Source of the DNA: Heteronotia binoei
Lineage: Eukaryota
Length of the DNA stretch: 64,000 nucleotides
Reading direction: 5' to 3'
NCBI RefSeq assembly: GCF_032191835.1
Contig: NC_083230.1
Location: 75,950,001-76,014,000 of the forward strand
Shown here one piece after another: positions 62,100 through 64,000 of this stretch (the stretch's first letter is position 1; each line of letters begins with the position of its first letter). A model generated the notes under the pieces. It had not been told where the DNA came from. It did not search any database and worked only from the letters and a program-made list of their open reading frames with translations. The translations under genes and the position numbers were made by a program.

Positions 62100-62444
62100 T
62101 CAAGATGATACTATCTCTAGGAAGAAAAAAAGACAATATAAAAATTAGTTTTTAATTGTTTCTTTTAGGAAATTATTATTTCATGTTGGAAAATTTACAC
62201 TTTTAATCTGGGTGAATATAATATCTGATTCTACTAGTTTTATTTGCTTTGGATTCTGAAGATCATGGCATATTAATCTGCCTTTCCCCCCTTCAACTTC
62301 ATAAGAAAAAGACTTAGCCATAAACGTACTCTGAAATAAGCCCCCTCCCCAAGTTCACTGAGACAATTTCCCTAGTAGGAATTGCATCCAGGAGCTTGAA
62401 GGTATTGTTCTGAAGTTGTTTTCATGTTGTTTGTATCTTTACAG

Positions 62445-62476
62445 GCAAAGAGGCCCGTAAAAGGGAGCTGAAGAAG
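62445..62476 (+). CDS. WBP11: WBP11 coding exon ((R)KEARKRELKK)
   Basis: tacAG acceptor, GTAAGA donor; frame consistent. Confidence 0.97.
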
Positions 62477-62971
62477 GTAAGAGAAAATTACTTAATTAGT
62501 AAATGCAGGTTGGATCACTTATTCTTGGTTATTATGTCCTGTGTTTAAATGGAGTCTTGATAATGCTGTATTTTCATGTCCTGAAGCCTCCTCTTTGTCA
62601 GGTTTCCCTTGTTTAATCTTTTCAGAGAGATGTTGGATTTGGTTATTAATGTTGTACAGTCATAAGAGTTTGGTGGAAGGTAATTAATTTTGCTGTTGTC
62701 TCAGTGCAAATTTGCTTGAGAAAGAAGGAGGATTTAGAAAACATTTTACAACAACTAGCAAATACTAGCTTTGAAACTAGCTTTGAAAACCTGAATGAAA
62801 AATCCTGTAAAAATGACATGCGCAGACTTCTCTTTGAGATGCCACAGCATTCTAAGATTTCTCAGAAGCTATGAGAGCCAAAATGAGAACTGATGCTCTT
62901 GACTGGAGTTCTGTATGCTGCTCATCAAAGGCAGTCTTTTCTTTCTGGCTTTTTCTTTCTGTTGAATTTAG

Positions 62972-63065
62972 AACAAGAAACAACGCATGATGGTGCGAGC
63001 AGCTGTGCTAAAAATGAAGGATCCAAAGCAAATCATTCGGGACATGGAAAAACTTGATGAAATGG
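62972..63065 (+). CDS. WBP11: WBP11 coding exon (NKKQRMMVRAAVLKMKDPKQIIRDMEKLDEM)
   Basis: Matches the known protein; canonical splice sites. Confidence 0.97.
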
Positions 63066-63548
63066 GTGGGTACAAATATGTCTCATTGCAGAGTTAAATG
63101 GCAGGAAGATTACAAATGGAAAAAGTCAAGAGATCAGAATGGTTTTGTAGAGTCAAGGGACTAGATGAAGACCATACTAATAAGAGGATATACTGATAAC
63201 ACAAAAAGCAGCAATACTGTGTTATATCCTGGAGAAAGAAAGGACTGAGTGTAGTAAAGGGTCTCATTTCTGTCAAGAATTGGTAGCTGTTTTTACTCTG
63301 AGATAGAAAGTGGAGATTAGGAAGTTTTTGTAGGAAAGAAAGAGTCTAGTATTCATGTCTTGGCTTGTGTTCTTTCTTGCTTGCACACTTTGGTGGAAAC
63401 TACAGGCGTTCTCAATCCTGTTTTTGAGTTGCTTGTGTATACATTTTTTTTATACACAGAGAGAGGGAGAGGTATGTTTTCTCCAGGTTTTCCTAGTAAA
63501 GCTCTTTTCTTTCATTTGGCTTTCCTGGTCCTGCTATTACTGGATCAG

Positions 63549-63745
63549 AATTTAACCCAGTACAGCAACCCCAGCTAAATGAGAAGGTGCTGAAAGACAA
63601 GCGTAAGAAGCTGCGTGAGACCTTTGAGCGTATTCTGCGGCTCTATGAGAAGGAGAATCCAGATATTTACAAAGAGTTGCGTAAGCTAGAAGTGGAATAT
63701 GAGCAGAAGAGATCTCAGCTCAGTCAATACTTCGATGCTGTCAAG
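63549..63745 (+). CDS. WBP11: WBP11 coding exon (EFNPVQQPQLNEKVLKDKRKKLRET...SQYFDAVK); gene continues beyond the window
   Basis: Matches the known protein; atcAG acceptor, GTAATT donor. Confidence 0.97.
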
Positions 63746-64000
63746 GTAATTTCCTCCATTTTGAACAACATTGTTTTAATTGTGCTTTTTGCTTTGACTG
63801 CAGATTGAAAATGCAGTCTTTTTGTTTTTTATTTAAATTATTTTGCTTCACTTTTCAATATACATATTTCCAAGGCAGTTCCCCACAAAGCATCTAAGAA
63901 TGGTATAATAATAAAACTAATAAAAACAACTATTGGGGTGCCAAATATAAGGTCCAGTGGCTGGAACTATTCTGTCCAGGGCTCTTATCCATCCTGCAAG

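Overview
Vertebrate genomic DNA, very likely a gecko (inferred from Squam3-like tRNA SINEs, 5S-derived SINEs, squamate-type hAT/Harbinger MITEs and CR1/L2 LINEs). It covers the conserved MGP-WBP11 neighbourhood. Four protein-coding genes are supported. (1) A four-exon vitamin-K-dependent Gla-protein gene of the osteocalcin family (OC3/Bgp2-type; + strand; exons 19065-19131, 23202-23225, 26700-26772, 28557-28686), which the ORF track misses because its exons are short. (2) C12orf60 (- strand, single coding exon 40152-40940). (3) SMCO3 (+ strand, 52295-52972), probably nested in the C12orf60 intron. (4) The first four coding exons of WBP11 (+ strand, from 61214), downstream of a CpG-rich promoter at about 59550-59930. 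No ART4 or MGP coding sequence was found. The rest is a densely nested TE landscape: a dead Mag-type Gypsy provirus (4220-8598), a CpG-rich solo LTR inside a hAT MITE, many hAT MITEs with 8-bp TSDs, palindromic Harbinger-like MITEs, an L1 3' end inside a SINE, and two small N gaps. The main biological finding is the osteocalcin paralogue. Its predicted 49-aa mature peptide keeps exactly the human osteocalcin Gla17/21/24 and Cys23-Cys29 register, but it has a Tyr-rich N-terminus and an MGP-like propeptide lacking Phe-16.
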